A stretch of DNA of 64,000 nucleotides from Escherichia coli (GTDB lineage Bacteria > Pseudomonadota > Gammaproteobacteria > Enterobacterales > Enterobacteriaceae). Below the pieces are notes generated by a model that saw only the letters and a list, made by a program, of their open reading frames with translations, was not told the origin of the DNA and did not search any database. The translations under genes and the position numbers were made by a program. The stretch lies in NCBI RefSeq assembly GCF_001677475.2, contig NZ_CP015229.1. The stretch is one strand, 5' to 3'. Shown here piece by piece: positions 29,201 to 41,413 of this stretch; position 1 is the stretch's first letter, and every line of letters begins with the position of its first letter.

Positions 29201-29522
29201 AAGCACCGGAGATGGTAATGTCCGTACCCGTCTGGGCGTGAAAACATGGATTAAAAGCCACAGTCGTATAGATGAAGGCAAATCCCGGGAATTCAGCCCA
29301 TTTGTGGAAGTGAACTGGCTGCATAACACCCGTGATTTTGGTACTCGTATGAATGGTGTGACGGTACATCAGGACGGTGCCCGTAATATCGGAGAAATAA
29401 AAACCGGTGTTGAGGGGCAGATAAATTCCAGACTGAACCTGTGGGGGAATGTAGGTGTTCAAGTCGGTGACAAAGGGTATAACGACACATCTGCAATGTT
29501 GGGTGTGAAGTATACCTTCTGA
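26268..29522 (+). CDS. AIDA-I/Ag43-type autotransporter (adhesin-like passenger, C-terminal beta-barrel)
   Basis: 1084 aa; N-terminal signal peptide, Gly/Ser/Thr-rich repetitive passenger, Pro-rich linker PTPNPDPEPNPTPTP, C-terminal barrel ending ...LGVKYTF; AT-rich codon usage unlike flanking P1-type genes. Confidence 0.85.
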   Translation: MSLSVYNNKKNSSSGGNSPRLTLLAAIIGALFSNAYASTTAIKIDNDVQVNKDNLDINTGSNTGSNGYAISVTNSGELTTEGTVTLSTEGDKANGVNISSGSKINSQGGITITTKGKNASGISLDNNSSMTIANGMSITTSGINATGINVDKSSLTVEQGDINTSGVNASGVSILNGGQASLNKVNITTSGDNARGIVSSGINSKIVISDSTITTLGDKKPSQAWGARGISAENNGYVSLTNTQIKTDGTGAWGVSASSAGSAELADVHISTSGQNGYGLRADGNNSSISVSKGLQVTTSGKQAHAVTASNNGNINLGVNASLETSGTQANTIHITGGNGGIITGDSISIKTNGTSAKGIYVTALNPSDSAPDSRVELTGTSTIATLGDQSIGVWGHGKVADISFEQIAINTAGTDSYGINAQNEATVNAHTAQIITKGLNSYGATANSAAKITLGSGSSITTSGDYAHGIWVSDDNTVISGNNASIHVSGKEADSVVAANNAKVELTQENGVMISETRYNFNANGGAISATLDGSQIKNNGTFIFSTSNDAGVGGNVDVTVKNTSFNGDIRADSNSIANLSLENSNWTGTAYNGGIVNLAKNSIWNMVSDSDVAHLNNNGSIYLGSDAKNTLTINGDYTGENGYIYFSGVLGDDTSPIDKLVVKGNTEGKTFVSVNNVGGIGAQTLNGINIIQVDGQSNGDFVQVGRIAAGAYDYTLGRGQGDKNGNWYLTSGKQPEDPTPNPDPEPNPTPTPGDNDLRPEAGSYTANIAAANTMFVTRLHERQGQMQYTDVITGELKTTSMWMRHEGGHNRWRDGSNQLKTQSNRYVMQLGGDIAQWGWNKTDRWHLGLMAGYGNDHNNTESVRTGYRSKGSVNGYSTGLYATWYANDETHNGAYLDSWAQYSWFDNYVKGDGLQSESWKSKGLTASLETGYTWKAGEFTGSQGGLNEWYVQPQAQVIWMGVKADEHRESNGTRVESTGDGNVRTRLGVKTWIKSHSRIDEGKSREFSPFVEVNWLHNTRDFGTRMNGVTVHQDGARNIGEIKTGVEGQINSRLNLWGNVGVQVGDKGYNDTSAMLGVKYTF

Positions 29523-29544
29523 ACTAAATAGCATCTAAGAACAA

Positions 29545-29571
29545 AGAGCAGAACCATGGATGGACTGCTCT
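29545..29571 (+). terminator. possible terminator hairpin after the autotransporter gene
   Basis: AGAGCAG-loop-CTGCTCT stem; T-run weak. Confidence 0.3.
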
Positions 29572-29626
29572 TTACCATGACACCGATATTCCATTATTTC
29601 TATCTTTTGATATATATATTAACAAA

Positions 29627-29971
29627 ATGAATAATAAAAAAGAAACTTGTTATATAAAAGCACATATAGAAAGGCATGATATTACAGTTCATGTGTGGAT
29701 ATCTGCATCATTGACAGAAGCTGAATGCAGCGTACTTGAGTTATTATTAAAGGGATATAATATCACTCAGATATCAAAGTCCCGATTTCGCAGCATTAAA
29801 ACAGTTTCTTTTCAGAAATACAAAATATACAAAAAGTTAGGAATTCATAATGACATCACATTCTGGGTAGATATTTCATTATCCCCTTATGTGAGAATAA
29901 AGTTCTCCGGTAAAGATAGTACGTTCAAGAAATGTATATTACCATGTCCTAATTACATCTCGATGCAGTGA
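29627..29971 (+). CDS. LuxR/GerE-type helix-turn-helix regulator
   Basis: 114 aa; LTEAECSVLELLLKGYNITQISKSRFRSIKTV matches the LuxR-type HTH signature; AT-rich. Confidence 0.65.
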   Translation: MNNKKETCYIKAHIERHDITVHVWISASLTEAECSVLELLLKGYNITQISKSRFRSIKTVSFQKYKIYKKLGIHNDITFWVDISLSPYVRIKFSGKDSTFKKCILPCPNYISMQ

Positions 29972-30111
29972 TAACTGCACTCAAACAATATCTACCTATA
30001 CAATATAAATACTCCATGACCAAGAAACGCATGAAGATATGGAACTTCACAAGTTTGCTCTTCATGGAGTATGGCTATCAGAGGGGCCAGTAACCGCAAC
30101 CTTTAAGTATA

Positions 30112-30360
30112 TCAATCTATATTCAGGAGCAATGCATTATCTATGATGATTTGCTCCCATTCTTCGAATGCCCGGTCGCGGACGCCCTGGGGAACGCTGT
30201 TAGTTTTGAAATCGACGACCGTCCGCCATTTTCCGTCCGGACGGTACATCCGCAGAGCTTTACTTCCCCCTTCCCTGCGCACCTCAACGTTATGCTTATC
30301 AGCAAACTCTTGTAATGCTCGTAGCGTCCCATGCTTTACTGTGTAGTATCGCTTTTTCAA
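30112..30360 (-). CDS. small basic protein (at the P1 lxc/bof position)
   Basis: 82-aa track ORF at the end of the darB-containing minus-strand gene string; assignment by size and position only. Confidence 0.45.
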   Translation of the reverse strand: MKKRYYTVKHGTLRALQEFADKHNVEVRREGGSKALRMYRPDGKWRTVVDFKTNSVPQGVRDRAFEEWEQIIIDNALLLNID

Positions 30361-30797
30361 GTTTTCTCTCCAGCCTGTGCTAAGGCTTCAACTTCCAAAT
30401 CGTAAGACTCAAACTCATAGTCCTGGTCGTCAACCTCTTCAGGCACTGGCAGTAAATGCCAGGCTGAGTATATCTGACCATTATCAAAACGCTCCTGGCT
30501 GTAGAGCGTCGCGGCTATGAGCGTCAGCGCCGGGCGGTCATAACGGTAAATTTTGCGAACGTCACGGTCAACGAGACGACCGAAATTACCATAACCGCGC
30601 TCCAGTAATAATTTTTTAATTTCCGGCCAGTATGGGCCGTAGCTGCGGTACAGGCGGGGATTTTTCAGTAATCGCCCGCGTAGCCCTGACAGGAAGAAAT
30701 CAACGTATTCGTCTTCTGTCTTTCCTAACAACGCTGTACGGAGTACCGCCTCAAGATATGTTTTATTCGGTTTTATTGTATCAGATAGTGTGGCCAT
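30357..30797 (-). CDS. hypothetical protein (at the P1 ulx position)
   Basis: 146-aa track ORF; 4-nt overlap with the downstream gene. Confidence 0.5.
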   Translation of the reverse strand: MATLSDTIKPNKTYLEAVLRTALLGKTEDEYVDFFLSGLRGRLLKNPRLYRSYGPYWPEIKKLLLERGYGNFGRLVDRDVRKIYRYDRPALTLIAATLYSQERFDNGQIYSAWHLLPVPEEVDDQDYEFESYDLEVEALAQAGEKT

Positions 30798-30830
30798 ATT
30801 ATGCGACGCCCGGCGAACCGGGCGCTCCTG

Positions 30831-33800
30831 TTATGCGTATTGTTGGATGACGGCCAGAACGTCCGCCACGTTGTGTTTTGTCTCGATAATCCACCAGTTA
30901 CCCGGGAAATCGCTGTTCTTCGCCTTCGCTGGCAGCCAGCGAGCGCCGAATTTCGCCTTGATTGCGTCTTTCGCACGGAAAAGAATGCCTTTCATGCCGG
31001 ACGCCTCCTGAAGCCCAAATACCTCACCAGCGGCGAATTTTGGTGCGTACATCATCTTCAAGTCGGCGGTGGATACGCGATAATTCAGACCAAGAGACTG
31101 AGCTATGCTGGTGGCATCACCCTGTATTGATGATAACTCTTCTTGTTTCTCGTTTCTGGCGGCAATTTCTTCCTCCGTGATGTTGCCTAGGGCCAGGTTT
31201 ATCCGATCAGCGTCGGCCTGTTTCTCTTCATCAGTGCGCCCGGCAAGTGCCGTGTTAATTCTCTGCAATATCTCCACATGATTCTTGCGCATGCTGAGCA
31301 ATTCCGGCGTAACCTCGTTAAGGTCCACCAGCCCAAGAATGGCAAGGTCAGAAAACATTGATACCAGGTTGTAGGTCATGCGATAGCTGAGTTGGCCATA
31401 GGCTGATGGCAACTGCACCGAATCCATTTTATAGGCATCCATAAATTTAGAGCCTTCGTTTACGACATCCGCAATTGCAGGTGTGATTTTCCCTGTGGTG
31501 GCGGCCTCCCTGATTGCTGTTACCCACGATTGAGTCAGCGCGGCGACTGCATGATTCAGATTGGCTTTCCGTTCTGCTGCAATGCGCGCGCTTGCTGCGT
31601 CCATTGCCTGCTTGATCTCATCTTTATTGCTGTAAATGTCAATGGTGCCAAACTGTGTTGTGGTGATCTCATAATCTGACGACCGGAACTCATGGGTACC
31701 GAAAATAGCATTGGTGACCTCAAGTTCAGAATCCCCGTTACGAGTAGCCCCCTGGCTTGTTTTCTCCGGCATTCTGGCGATCGCATCCGCTATTTTCTCC
31801 TGAATTGCTTCAGGAGATAGCGTATCTCCGTATGACGCGATTACATCGCCATAATTGGAGCCAAACAGTTCAGTCAGGAATACTTCTGCCAAACGGACCT
31901 GGCGGTTATTCCCTTCCGACATCATACCAAGCACCCATTTTGCAATTGACGACTTCAGCGCGCCGTCACGGCGATCCGGGTAAACCGCATGCTTCAGTGG
32001 GTTCGTATAGGTACCGACAAAATCAATGCTATAGCCTGACTCTGTAGTCTGAACGCCGTATGAGTCAGTGATTTTGATCATGCCGCGCTGCTGGAAACGG
32101 TAGAAATCGTCACAGGAAATGATGTCGTTAATCCCGGCGATGGAGACGCCACCACTGATTTTCTGCATAACAGCATCTTCATCGGGAGTTACATCCACCT
32201 GTTTATCCAGCGTCTTCACATCCCAGTTACCCGATTTGGTGCCTTTGAAGGTAAAGATAATCTCCACGTCTGCGCGCTGGCTGTCGAAGTCCAGCGACTT
32301 AATGCGAACGATATCACCGGCACAATCGTAGTATTGGCCTACACGCCATGAGCGATCGCCGATAACAAGGAACTCATTCGCATGGTTAACCAGATCAGGA
32401 TCAACATCCAGAATGCCTTTATTTATTGCATCCTCCACCAGCGGGCGCAGGCGTTTGATATCCGTCGCGGCCTTCTGAGTACGGTTCAATAATTTCTCAT
32501 AGCGGGAAATGGCTTGAGAGATATTAGCCTTGCGCTGAATGGCGCTTTTCAACGACGCGCGATACTGTGCTAACAACATACGGTCTGTGTGATGGACACT
32601 CCCCCAGCGGGCCTTCCAGTCTGCGTTATCAGCTGCTTTGGCCATTACCGCCTGTTTGAATTTAGCTACCTCGTCGGTGCTCTTTTCAAATTCCGCTTTG
32701 CTTCGCTCTAATTCAGCGGTAAGTACCTCCACATCCTCGCCAGCTGCGTGCTGCGCCTTGATGTAGTTCTGAAGGTCGATAGTAGCCTGTTCTTTCTGGC
32801 GAGCGCGTTGCGCGGCTTTCGCCTTATCCATTTGAACCTGCATCATTGCCAGACGTTCGCCATCATCCTTAGCGGTATACATCTGCATTTCGATCATATC
32901 GTTGGCGTCGGCGTTCTCCATTTCTGACTTATCTGAACGGAGGATATCGGAGATCCAGCCTGCTTTACGCTTCAGCGTCTTAAGTCGGTATTCATCGAAA
33001 GAACCCTTGCCGCAGTAGTAATGAACGCGAACGCTTGCACGGTTGGAGCCAACTCGGGCACCGCGACCGTTACGCTGTGCGATACTGGCTGGTGTCCATG
33101 GCAACGTCAGATGATGGATGTCAGTCGTTCCTCGATGCAGGTTGATACCCACCTCTGCCTTTTTGTTGCAGATGATGATCGGAGTCCAGCCCTCCTGGAA
33201 GTCGGCTGCAATCTTTTCCAGACCGCCCAACGACATTTCATTTTGCTGCGCGATATAGGCGTCATACAGAGCCATTTGCTCGTTGTATTTCGCTATCTGT
33301 GCATCTGTTGGTTCATCCGGTAGCTCTTTCGGCGGTTTAACAGCTTTCAGTTTCTGACCGGTTTTGCCTGCCTCGGCAACCGTCTGAGCATTCAGGATCC
33401 CCACCTTTGAAGGTTCAAGGTTAAGAGCATTGCAGATAATGCGTTTGAGCTTCTGGTGTTGCGTTTTTTCATCGGTGAAGATGATTTGCTTACCTTCCGG
33501 GAAAAACTCCTTCAGCGTGGCGATCAGCTTCGCGTATTTGGGCGTAACGGGGTGAGTTACGGTCTGTTCGTCAATGCCAAACTTGGCCAGGCGCTTATTC
33601 ACTTCCTGCTCAAACGCTTCCGGAACCTGCAACTGAATAAACTCGCCCTTATCTATCAGGGAGTATTGCGATTGCTGCGTGATTGAATCATCACTGTCGT
33701 CGTCTTCGCTGGTGGCTTGTTTAGGCAAACTGTCCGCCAGCTGCTGCACCGCATCGGCGTACTCCGGCAGGAAACGATAGGTGATCCGGCGATAGTACAG

Positions 33801-36800
33801 GTCCATGTCAGTACATACGCGGTCCATATCCCTGATTATTGAGAAGATCGGACGGGCTTTCTCGTGCTCAATCACGCCGTCTTCATTAACCGAGGTCGTT
33901 ACGCCATTGTTGGCTTTTGCTGCCGCTTCCGCCTGCTGACGCAATTCTTCATACGCCGCCAGTTGTTCTTCAGTAAGTGGTGCATCCTGCTGGTGTTCGT
34001 CCAGCTCCGGGATCTCCACGGTATCCTTAACGTCTTCCGCCGTTTTAAGCGTTACCCAGCGATGGAATATACCGCGCAGCGCATCAAGGTTTTCAAAGCC
34101 CACCAGCGCCATTTTTTCTTCAACTTCACCGCTGATTTTCTGTACCGTTTCCAGCCTGGTCTTGCCGAAGAATTTAACGAAGTCATCAGGACCGTAGATC
34201 CCCATCTTCTGCCAGTATTCCTTCGGCAGAACATGAGAAAGCATGTTGTATGCATCGATCGGGGTGTTAACGACTGGCGTTGCAGTCAGGAGAACCGGTC
34301 CGCGCCCGCCATTCTTTTTCATCAGGTACGCGTTTTTAATTGCCATATCCCGCGCCGATTGCGCCACCGCACTGGTGGGCAGATAGGCCAGTTGTGACGC
34401 TTCGCGACCATTTTTATAGCTATTGCGGTAGTTGTGGCCTTCGTCGGCGATCACGCTGTCGAAGCCCATATCCTCAAAGTACGGATACTTCTCTGCTTTT
34501 TCGGTACCGGTATCTGAATACTCCGACAATACCCGGCGACGCGCCGCCTCTTTGCGATGGGAATCGGAATCCATTGCGCTGGCCACACGTCCGGCAGCAA
34601 CGAAGTCATAAAGCATGTCTTGTGCATGCTCATCTACGGTGTCATCACGTAGCGGAATGCGGGCGTATTGTTCTTTGGTAAACACGACTGCACGGTAATT
34701 TGAGTGCGGGATCGCATTCATCCGCGCCGTGATAGTGGCTTCATCTGCCAGCTTAAGAGCATCGCGCATAACTGGAGTGCCATCAGCACCAAGAACAGGT
34801 TTACCGTTCTCATCGAGCACCGGCACCTGGCGAATCTGATCGCCATCCATCAGCACATCAAGACCGACGAACAGGTAGTTACTGAATGCCTCTTCACTCA
34901 GGAATTCTTTTGCTTCGTAATACCAGTTTTCCAGCACTGATTTAGGCACTACATACGCAGTACGGGTGGAGCGACCGTTCTCATAGTTGAACGCCTCAAG
35001 TGCCAGCGCGGTCGTGGTTTTACCCAGCCCGGTGCCGAAGCCCAGGATGCCGCGCCCATCTTCGGACAGTCGGCGCACCTCGCTATTCTGGTAATCAAAT
35101 GGCTGACGCTTACCGCTTAATCCCTTCAACCCAAGCGGATCGCCAGAGTGTTCATACGGGATATTGCTATTGAACACATCGTTGTATTTGGCAACCAGCT
35201 CATCGTAGCGATCGTGCGTCTTGATCCACTTATTGAACTGGTCCTCAAGCAGTGCCATCTGCTCGCGGTAGCCGTTCGCCGTCGCGCTATCTTTGCCACC
35301 GATACGCGCACCATTGAGATACTTTTCCAGCTGTGCCGGGAACCCGGTCGCGTTTTCACCTGATTTACGGTCCCACTCGTAGCGGATCTCGCCTGTTTCT
35401 TTATCCTTGCGCTGGACGACACCGTATCGGTGCCCGACGAACAGACCATCACCACCGTGATAGGTGTCAGAAACCATTTCGTCGCCTTCCAGCTGCACTG
35501 ACTGCACATAGCGCAGATCCGGATAGCCGTTTTTCTGCAAAAACTCCAGAATGACGGAGCGGTCGAACCAACGGCTATTGAGCTTAAAGCGGATATTCTC
35601 TGCTGGCGTCTTGATGCGCTTCTCTTCGATCGCTGCCAGCTGATTAAGGACGTTGTTCTTTACTGGACCGTCGGGGAGTGTGGCAAGGAATTCCTGTTTT
35701 GGAGCCACTATCTCGTTAATGTCGCCGCTGGTGGCGCGGGCGAACGGAACAATCCCGCCATACGGTGAAACCGCAATACCAGGGGTGCTGGCCAATAAAT
35801 TAAGCAACTCTTCATCACTGGCTGGCAGTTCGCCGGTAAACGCAAGGCGGAAATCATCGAGCTGGATTGGATCGCGGGTAAGATCGCTATAGAGATAACG
35901 CAGGGTGTCCTGATAGCTGGTGGAGTCATAACTGGCGCTGGAATCATGCGTAACCAGCTTTCCTGTCAGCTCGTCAGAAATAGTGCCATCCAGCTTAATT
36001 GCCCCACGGAAAGCAAACCAGGCGCGCGCACCGCTTCCCGATAATTTAGCTATCGGACCGCGACCGGGGTTACCAAAACGGTCAATCTCTGCCTGCAAAC
36101 GGGATACCAGAGAAAGGCGCTTCTGTTCGATTTGTTCAGCACTATGCCCGGCGGCCTTCATATCCTGATATTCAATTAACATCCGGCCAATCATCGCCCC
36201 GCGATACAAGCGTTCACGGTATTTTTCAGGCTGGCTGTTAATCCAGTCCACCAGCTGCACCATATCGTCGCTGATTGATGTGGTGTACTTATCGCGGACA
36301 TTTGCCATCTGGGTAAATGTCATACCGAGACGGCCTTCTGTTGTAGTCAGGTTACGCTGAAGAGCCTCCCAGCTATCCGCGCCATAACTGGCAGCATCAA
36401 TCTTAAGCTCCTTACCAGCATCAGCTTCAATCCAGCGACCACCAGCATATTTTTGCCATACGCCATTAATCAGGCGCATTTCCCCTTCATCAACAACATC
36501 TGCGGTCGGTGACGGTTCAGCCATATCGAGCAAAGACCAGTCGATACGACTTTCGAAACGATGAATCAGCTTCGCTTTAAGAGCCTGGTTATCAATCTGC
36601 CCGTCGGCACGAACCTCAATACGCCCCTGGAAGCCCTTTTCCTGGGTACCATGAACAAACCGGCGGCCATCCTTTTCAAACCACTTGCCAGAAATAAACG
36701 TTGGCCAAAGCACATTTGCCGATTCAAGAGTGCTTTCATCCACCAGGGGGATTTTCTCAGCCATCTCTGCCGGATGTTTGCGCATCAGCACCACATCAAC

Positions 36801-37598
36801 GACTGTACTGGTCCCGTTTGCGTCAAAAGTACCGGTAGGCAAGCGGTGGGCACCAAGAAATTCAGCTTTCCGTGATAGGCGCAGGCGTAACCGCTTCATG
36901 TTTGAACCTGAAACAATGGACGGCGGCACAATCACGCACATGAATCCGCCTGGCTTTATCTTGTCCAGCATGCGGAGCATGAAGTAAGAACCCATGTCCG
37001 TTTCTTCTGCGTAAGGCTTATCGATGTTGCGTGTGTTATCACGACCGCCGAACGGAACGTTACCCACAACATGGTCGAATGAATCGTTAGGTGTGCTTAT
37101 AGCCAGCTGTTCGAACGGGGAAATCTGTACGCTGTCTTCCGGGTGTAACAACTGGTTTATACGACCGGAAACACTGCTGATCTCAGTCGCGGTCATCACC
37201 GTACCAACCGGTTTTGTCTCATTAAAAACGCCAGTTCCCGCCGATGGTTCCAGAGTGTTACCTACGTCCGCGCCGTAGAGCTTCATGATCTCCCAGACAC
37301 CTTCAGCGATCGGCTTTGGTGTGTAATATTCGGAGACGGACCCGCCAATGCCGCCTTCACCGGTGTACCCAGCCAGGATCTGGCGCTGTTCATCTGTCAG
37401 TGTCGCGCCGTCCACCAGCGAATTAAGCAAATCTATCGCCTTCTGATTCGCCTCCCGGCGCAGTCGGTCATAGCTTTTGCCTTCCACCTTTTCCACGCCG
37501 TATTTAATCGGCGCTCGGTGAGATGTTATTGCCCTAATGTATTTCAATATTTCGCTGACACTTGAACAGCGAAACACCCCCATAGATAGCTTGTTCAT
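30831..37598 (-). CDS. darB: DarB antirestriction protein (N6-adenine methyltransferase + DExH helicase)
   Basis: 2255 aa, the P1 DarB length as recalled; methyltransferase motif NVPFGG and helicase motifs GFGTGLGKT and VIADEGHNYRN. Confidence 0.9.
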   Translation of the reverse strand: MNKLSMGVFRCSSVSEILKYIRAITSHRAPIKYGVEKVEGKSYDRLRREANQKAIDLLNSLVDGATLTDEQRQILAGYTGEGGIGGSVSEYYTPKPIAEGVWEIMKLYGADVGNTLEPSAGTGVFNETKPVGTVMTATEISSVSGRINQLLHPEDSVQISPFEQLAISTPNDSFDHVVGNVPFGGRDNTRNIDKPYAEETDMGSYFMLRMLDKIKPGGFMCVIVPPSIVSGSNMKRLRLRLSRKAEFLGAHRLPTGTFDANGTSTVVDVVLMRKHPAEMAEKIPLVDESTLESANVLWPTFISGKWFEKDGRRFVHGTQEKGFQGRIEVRADGQIDNQALKAKLIHRFESRIDWSLLDMAEPSPTADVVDEGEMRLINGVWQKYAGGRWIEADAGKELKIDAASYGADSWEALQRNLTTTEGRLGMTFTQMANVRDKYTTSISDDMVQLVDWINSQPEKYRERLYRGAMIGRMLIEYQDMKAAGHSAEQIEQKRLSLVSRLQAEIDRFGNPGRGPIAKLSGSGARAWFAFRGAIKLDGTISDELTGKLVTHDSSASYDSTSYQDTLRYLYSDLTRDPIQLDDFRLAFTGELPASDEELLNLLASTPGIAVSPYGGIVPFARATSGDINEIVAPKQEFLATLPDGPVKNNVLNQLAAIEEKRIKTPAENIRFKLNSRWFDRSVILEFLQKNGYPDLRYVQSVQLEGDEMVSDTYHGGDGLFVGHRYGVVQRKDKETGEIRYEWDRKSGENATGFPAQLEKYLNGARIGGKDSATANGYREQMALLEDQFNKWIKTHDRYDELVAKYNDVFNSNIPYEHSGDPLGLKGLSGKRQPFDYQNSEVRRLSEDGRGILGFGTGLGKTTTALALEAFNYENGRSTRTAYVVPKSVLENWYYEAKEFLSEEAFSNYLFVGLDVLMDGDQIRQVPVLDENGKPVLGADGTPVMRDALKLADEATITARMNAIPHSNYRAVVFTKEQYARIPLRDDTVDEHAQDMLYDFVAAGRVASAMDSDSHRKEAARRRVLSEYSDTGTEKAEKYPYFEDMGFDSVIADEGHNYRNSYKNGREASQLAYLPTSAVAQSARDMAIKNAYLMKKNGGRGPVLLTATPVVNTPIDAYNMLSHVLPKEYWQKMGIYGPDDFVKFFGKTRLETVQKISGEVEEKMALVGFENLDALRGIFHRWVTLKTAEDVKDTVEIPELDEHQQDAPLTEEQLAAYEELRQQAEAAAKANNGVTTSVNEDGVIEHEKARPIFSIIRDMDRVCTDMDLYYRRITYRFLPEYADAVQQLADSLPKQATSEDDDSDDSITQQSQYSLIDKGEFIQLQVPEAFEQEVNKRLAKFGIDEQTVTHPVTPKYAKLIATLKEFFPEGKQIIFTDEKTQHQKLKRIICNALNLEPSKVGILNAQTVAEAGKTGQKLKAVKPPKELPDEPTDAQIAKYNEQMALYDAYIAQQNEMSLGGLEKIAADFQEGWTPIIICNKKAEVGINLHRGTTDIHHLTLPWTPASIAQRNGRGARVGSNRASVRVHYYCGKGSFDEYRLKTLKRKAGWISDILRSDKSEMENADANDMIEMQMYTAKDDGERLAMMQVQMDKAKAAQRARQKEQATIDLQNYIKAQHAAGEDVEVLTAELERSKAEFEKSTDEVAKFKQAVMAKAADNADWKARWGSVHHTDRMLLAQYRASLKSAIQRKANISQAISRYEKLLNRTQKAATDIKRLRPLVEDAINKGILDVDPDLVNHANEFLVIGDRSWRVGQYYDCAGDIVRIKSLDFDSQRADVEIIFTFKGTKSGNWDVKTLDKQVDVTPDEDAVMQKISGGVSIAGINDIISCDDFYRFQQRGMIKITDSYGVQTTESGYSIDFVGTYTNPLKHAVYPDRRDGALKSSIAKWVLGMMSEGNNRQVRLAEVFLTELFGSNYGDVIASYGDTLSPEAIQEKIADAIARMPEKTSQGATRNGDSELEVTNAIFGTHEFRSSDYEITTTQFGTIDIYSNKDEIKQAMDAASARIAAERKANLNHAVAALTQSWVTAIREAATTGKITPAIADVVNEGSKFMDAYKMDSVQLPSAYGQLSYRMTYNLVSMFSDLAILGLVDLNEVTPELLSMRKNHVEILQRINTALAGRTDEEKQADADRINLALGNITEEEIAARNEKQEELSSIQGDATSIAQSLGLNYRVSTADLKMMYAPKFAAGEVFGLQEASGMKGILFRAKDAIKAKFGARWLPAKAKNSDFPGNWWIIETKHNVADVLAVIQQYA

Positions 37599-37664
37599 TG
37601 GTAATCCTTAACAAGTGACTAGTGTTAAATTCCGTTAAAACACGATGCGAATTATTCTAATTAA

Positions 37665-40395
<2,731 letters not shown>

Positions 40396-40406
40396 CCACC
40401 AAAAAT

Positions 40407-40432
40407 AACCCCGGCGGCTGCCGGGGTTCTCG
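40407..40432. terminator. bidirectional rho-independent terminator
   Basis: AACCCCGGC-loop-GCCGGGGTT stem flanked by A-run and T-rich run between convergent genes. Confidence 0.6.
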
Positions 40433-40439
40433 TTAACTA

Positions 40440-40694
40440 TTATCTCCTTCGCCTGCGTGCCATATATTTGCGCACCGCGCGGCGTGGACAATCTGAAGCA
40501 GTTTCTTTCTGCTGCATCAATCTCGCAGCCATGCTCAAAAATGTCAGGCACAGCCGAAGCCCGGCATACAATAGCGGTTCCAGTGGCCACGTCTCATTGA
40601 GCACATATACCGCCATGAAAATCGAGTCAAAAACTATCGCCGCCAGCGATAACTTCATTGTCGAAAGTCGGCGGAGCTGCCGGAGTTTATTCAT
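40440..40694 (-). CDS. small membrane protein downstream of lyz (lysis accessory, LydC-like position)
   Basis: 84-aa track ORF with a hydrophobic N-terminal segment and Arg-rich C-terminus; overlaps the lyz stop. Confidence 0.4.
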   Translation of the reverse strand: MNKLRQLRRLSTMKLSLAAIVFDSIFMAVYVLNETWPLEPLLYAGLRLCLTFLSMAARLMQQKETASDCPRRAVRKYMARRRRR

Positions 40695-41244
40695 TGACCA
40701 GTCCCGTCAGGCAAAGCTGGCGTTCTTTTTCACGGCGAATCTTTAAACCTCGCAGGGGCACGCCGTTACTGTTCACGAAATCAGGGAGATGGTTACACAT
40801 ATTCACCCATTCCCCTTTCTGCGCCCACTTGTGGATGGACGTTTCAACTCGCATGCCTCGCGCTTTGCTGTAGTAGGTCCGTAAGCTATTGCATCCCATA
40901 TTGAATGCCGCGCTTGTCATTGCACTGAAGGCATTATCGGGCATGTCTTTGCCCCGGAAGTGCTGATTAATACAGCGTTCAGCGATCAGGATATTCTTTT
41001 CCCAATCAGCGGCGATTTGCTGGTCTGTTTTTCGCACACCCGGCGTTACCCCGTGTGTATTACCGATCCCGTCAGTCCATACCCCCGCCGGGCACATGTA
41101 TGGATCACGTCGGCAACCTTCAGCGTTTCCGATAAGCTCAAGCCCCGCCTGGTTGGTTCGCACATTGCCATTACCCATCACGATGGTAATCATCACCGCG
41201 ATAGCGCAAATTGCACCGCCTCCTGCGGCTGTTTTTCCCTTCAT
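40687..41244 (-). CDS. lyz: SAR endolysin (T4-lysozyme-like, GH24)
   Basis: 185 aa from MKGKTAAGGGAICAIAVMITIV (signal-anchor-release segment); track ORF extends to 41343 through an upstream in-frame start. Confidence 0.85.
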   Translation of the reverse strand: MKGKTAAGGGAICAIAVMITIVMGNGNVRTNQAGLELIGNAEGCRRDPYMCPAGVWTDGIGNTHGVTPGVRKTDQQIAADWEKNILIAERCINQHFRGKDMPDNAFSAMTSAAFNMGCNSLRTYYSKARGMRVETSIHKWAQKGEWVNMCNHLPDFVNSNGVPLRGLKIRREKERQLCLTGLVNE

Positions 41245-41377
41245 AAAGACCTCATAAGCGAATTTTTTACGCTCCAGGACAAACACCCATTCACAGCCAA
41301 TACCGACTGACTCGATCCCTTTAGAAGGTACAGGATAATGCAAATCACTTGTTAGCTACGTTTCAAAGATATACATT

Positions 41378-41394
41378 ATTGCTCTAATTAATTT
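41378..41394 (+). promoter_or_regulatory. C1-repressor operator between divergent lyz and ssb
   Basis: ATTGCTCTAATTAATTT, 16/17. Confidence 0.75.
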
Positions 41395-41413
41395 ATTTTA
41401 TTAGGTAAGATAA

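Noticed and set aside
31556-37278. Numerous 60-180-aa ORFs on both strands inside the darB region (for example 33864-34397 and 36561-36987)
   Set aside because: All lie within or antisense to the continuous 2255-aa darB frame, with no independent start signals.
37646-37662. Operator-like ATTATTCTAATTAAGGT upstream of the portal gene
   Set aside because: 12/17 match with a disrupted GC core; late structural genes are not expected to be directly C1-controlled.
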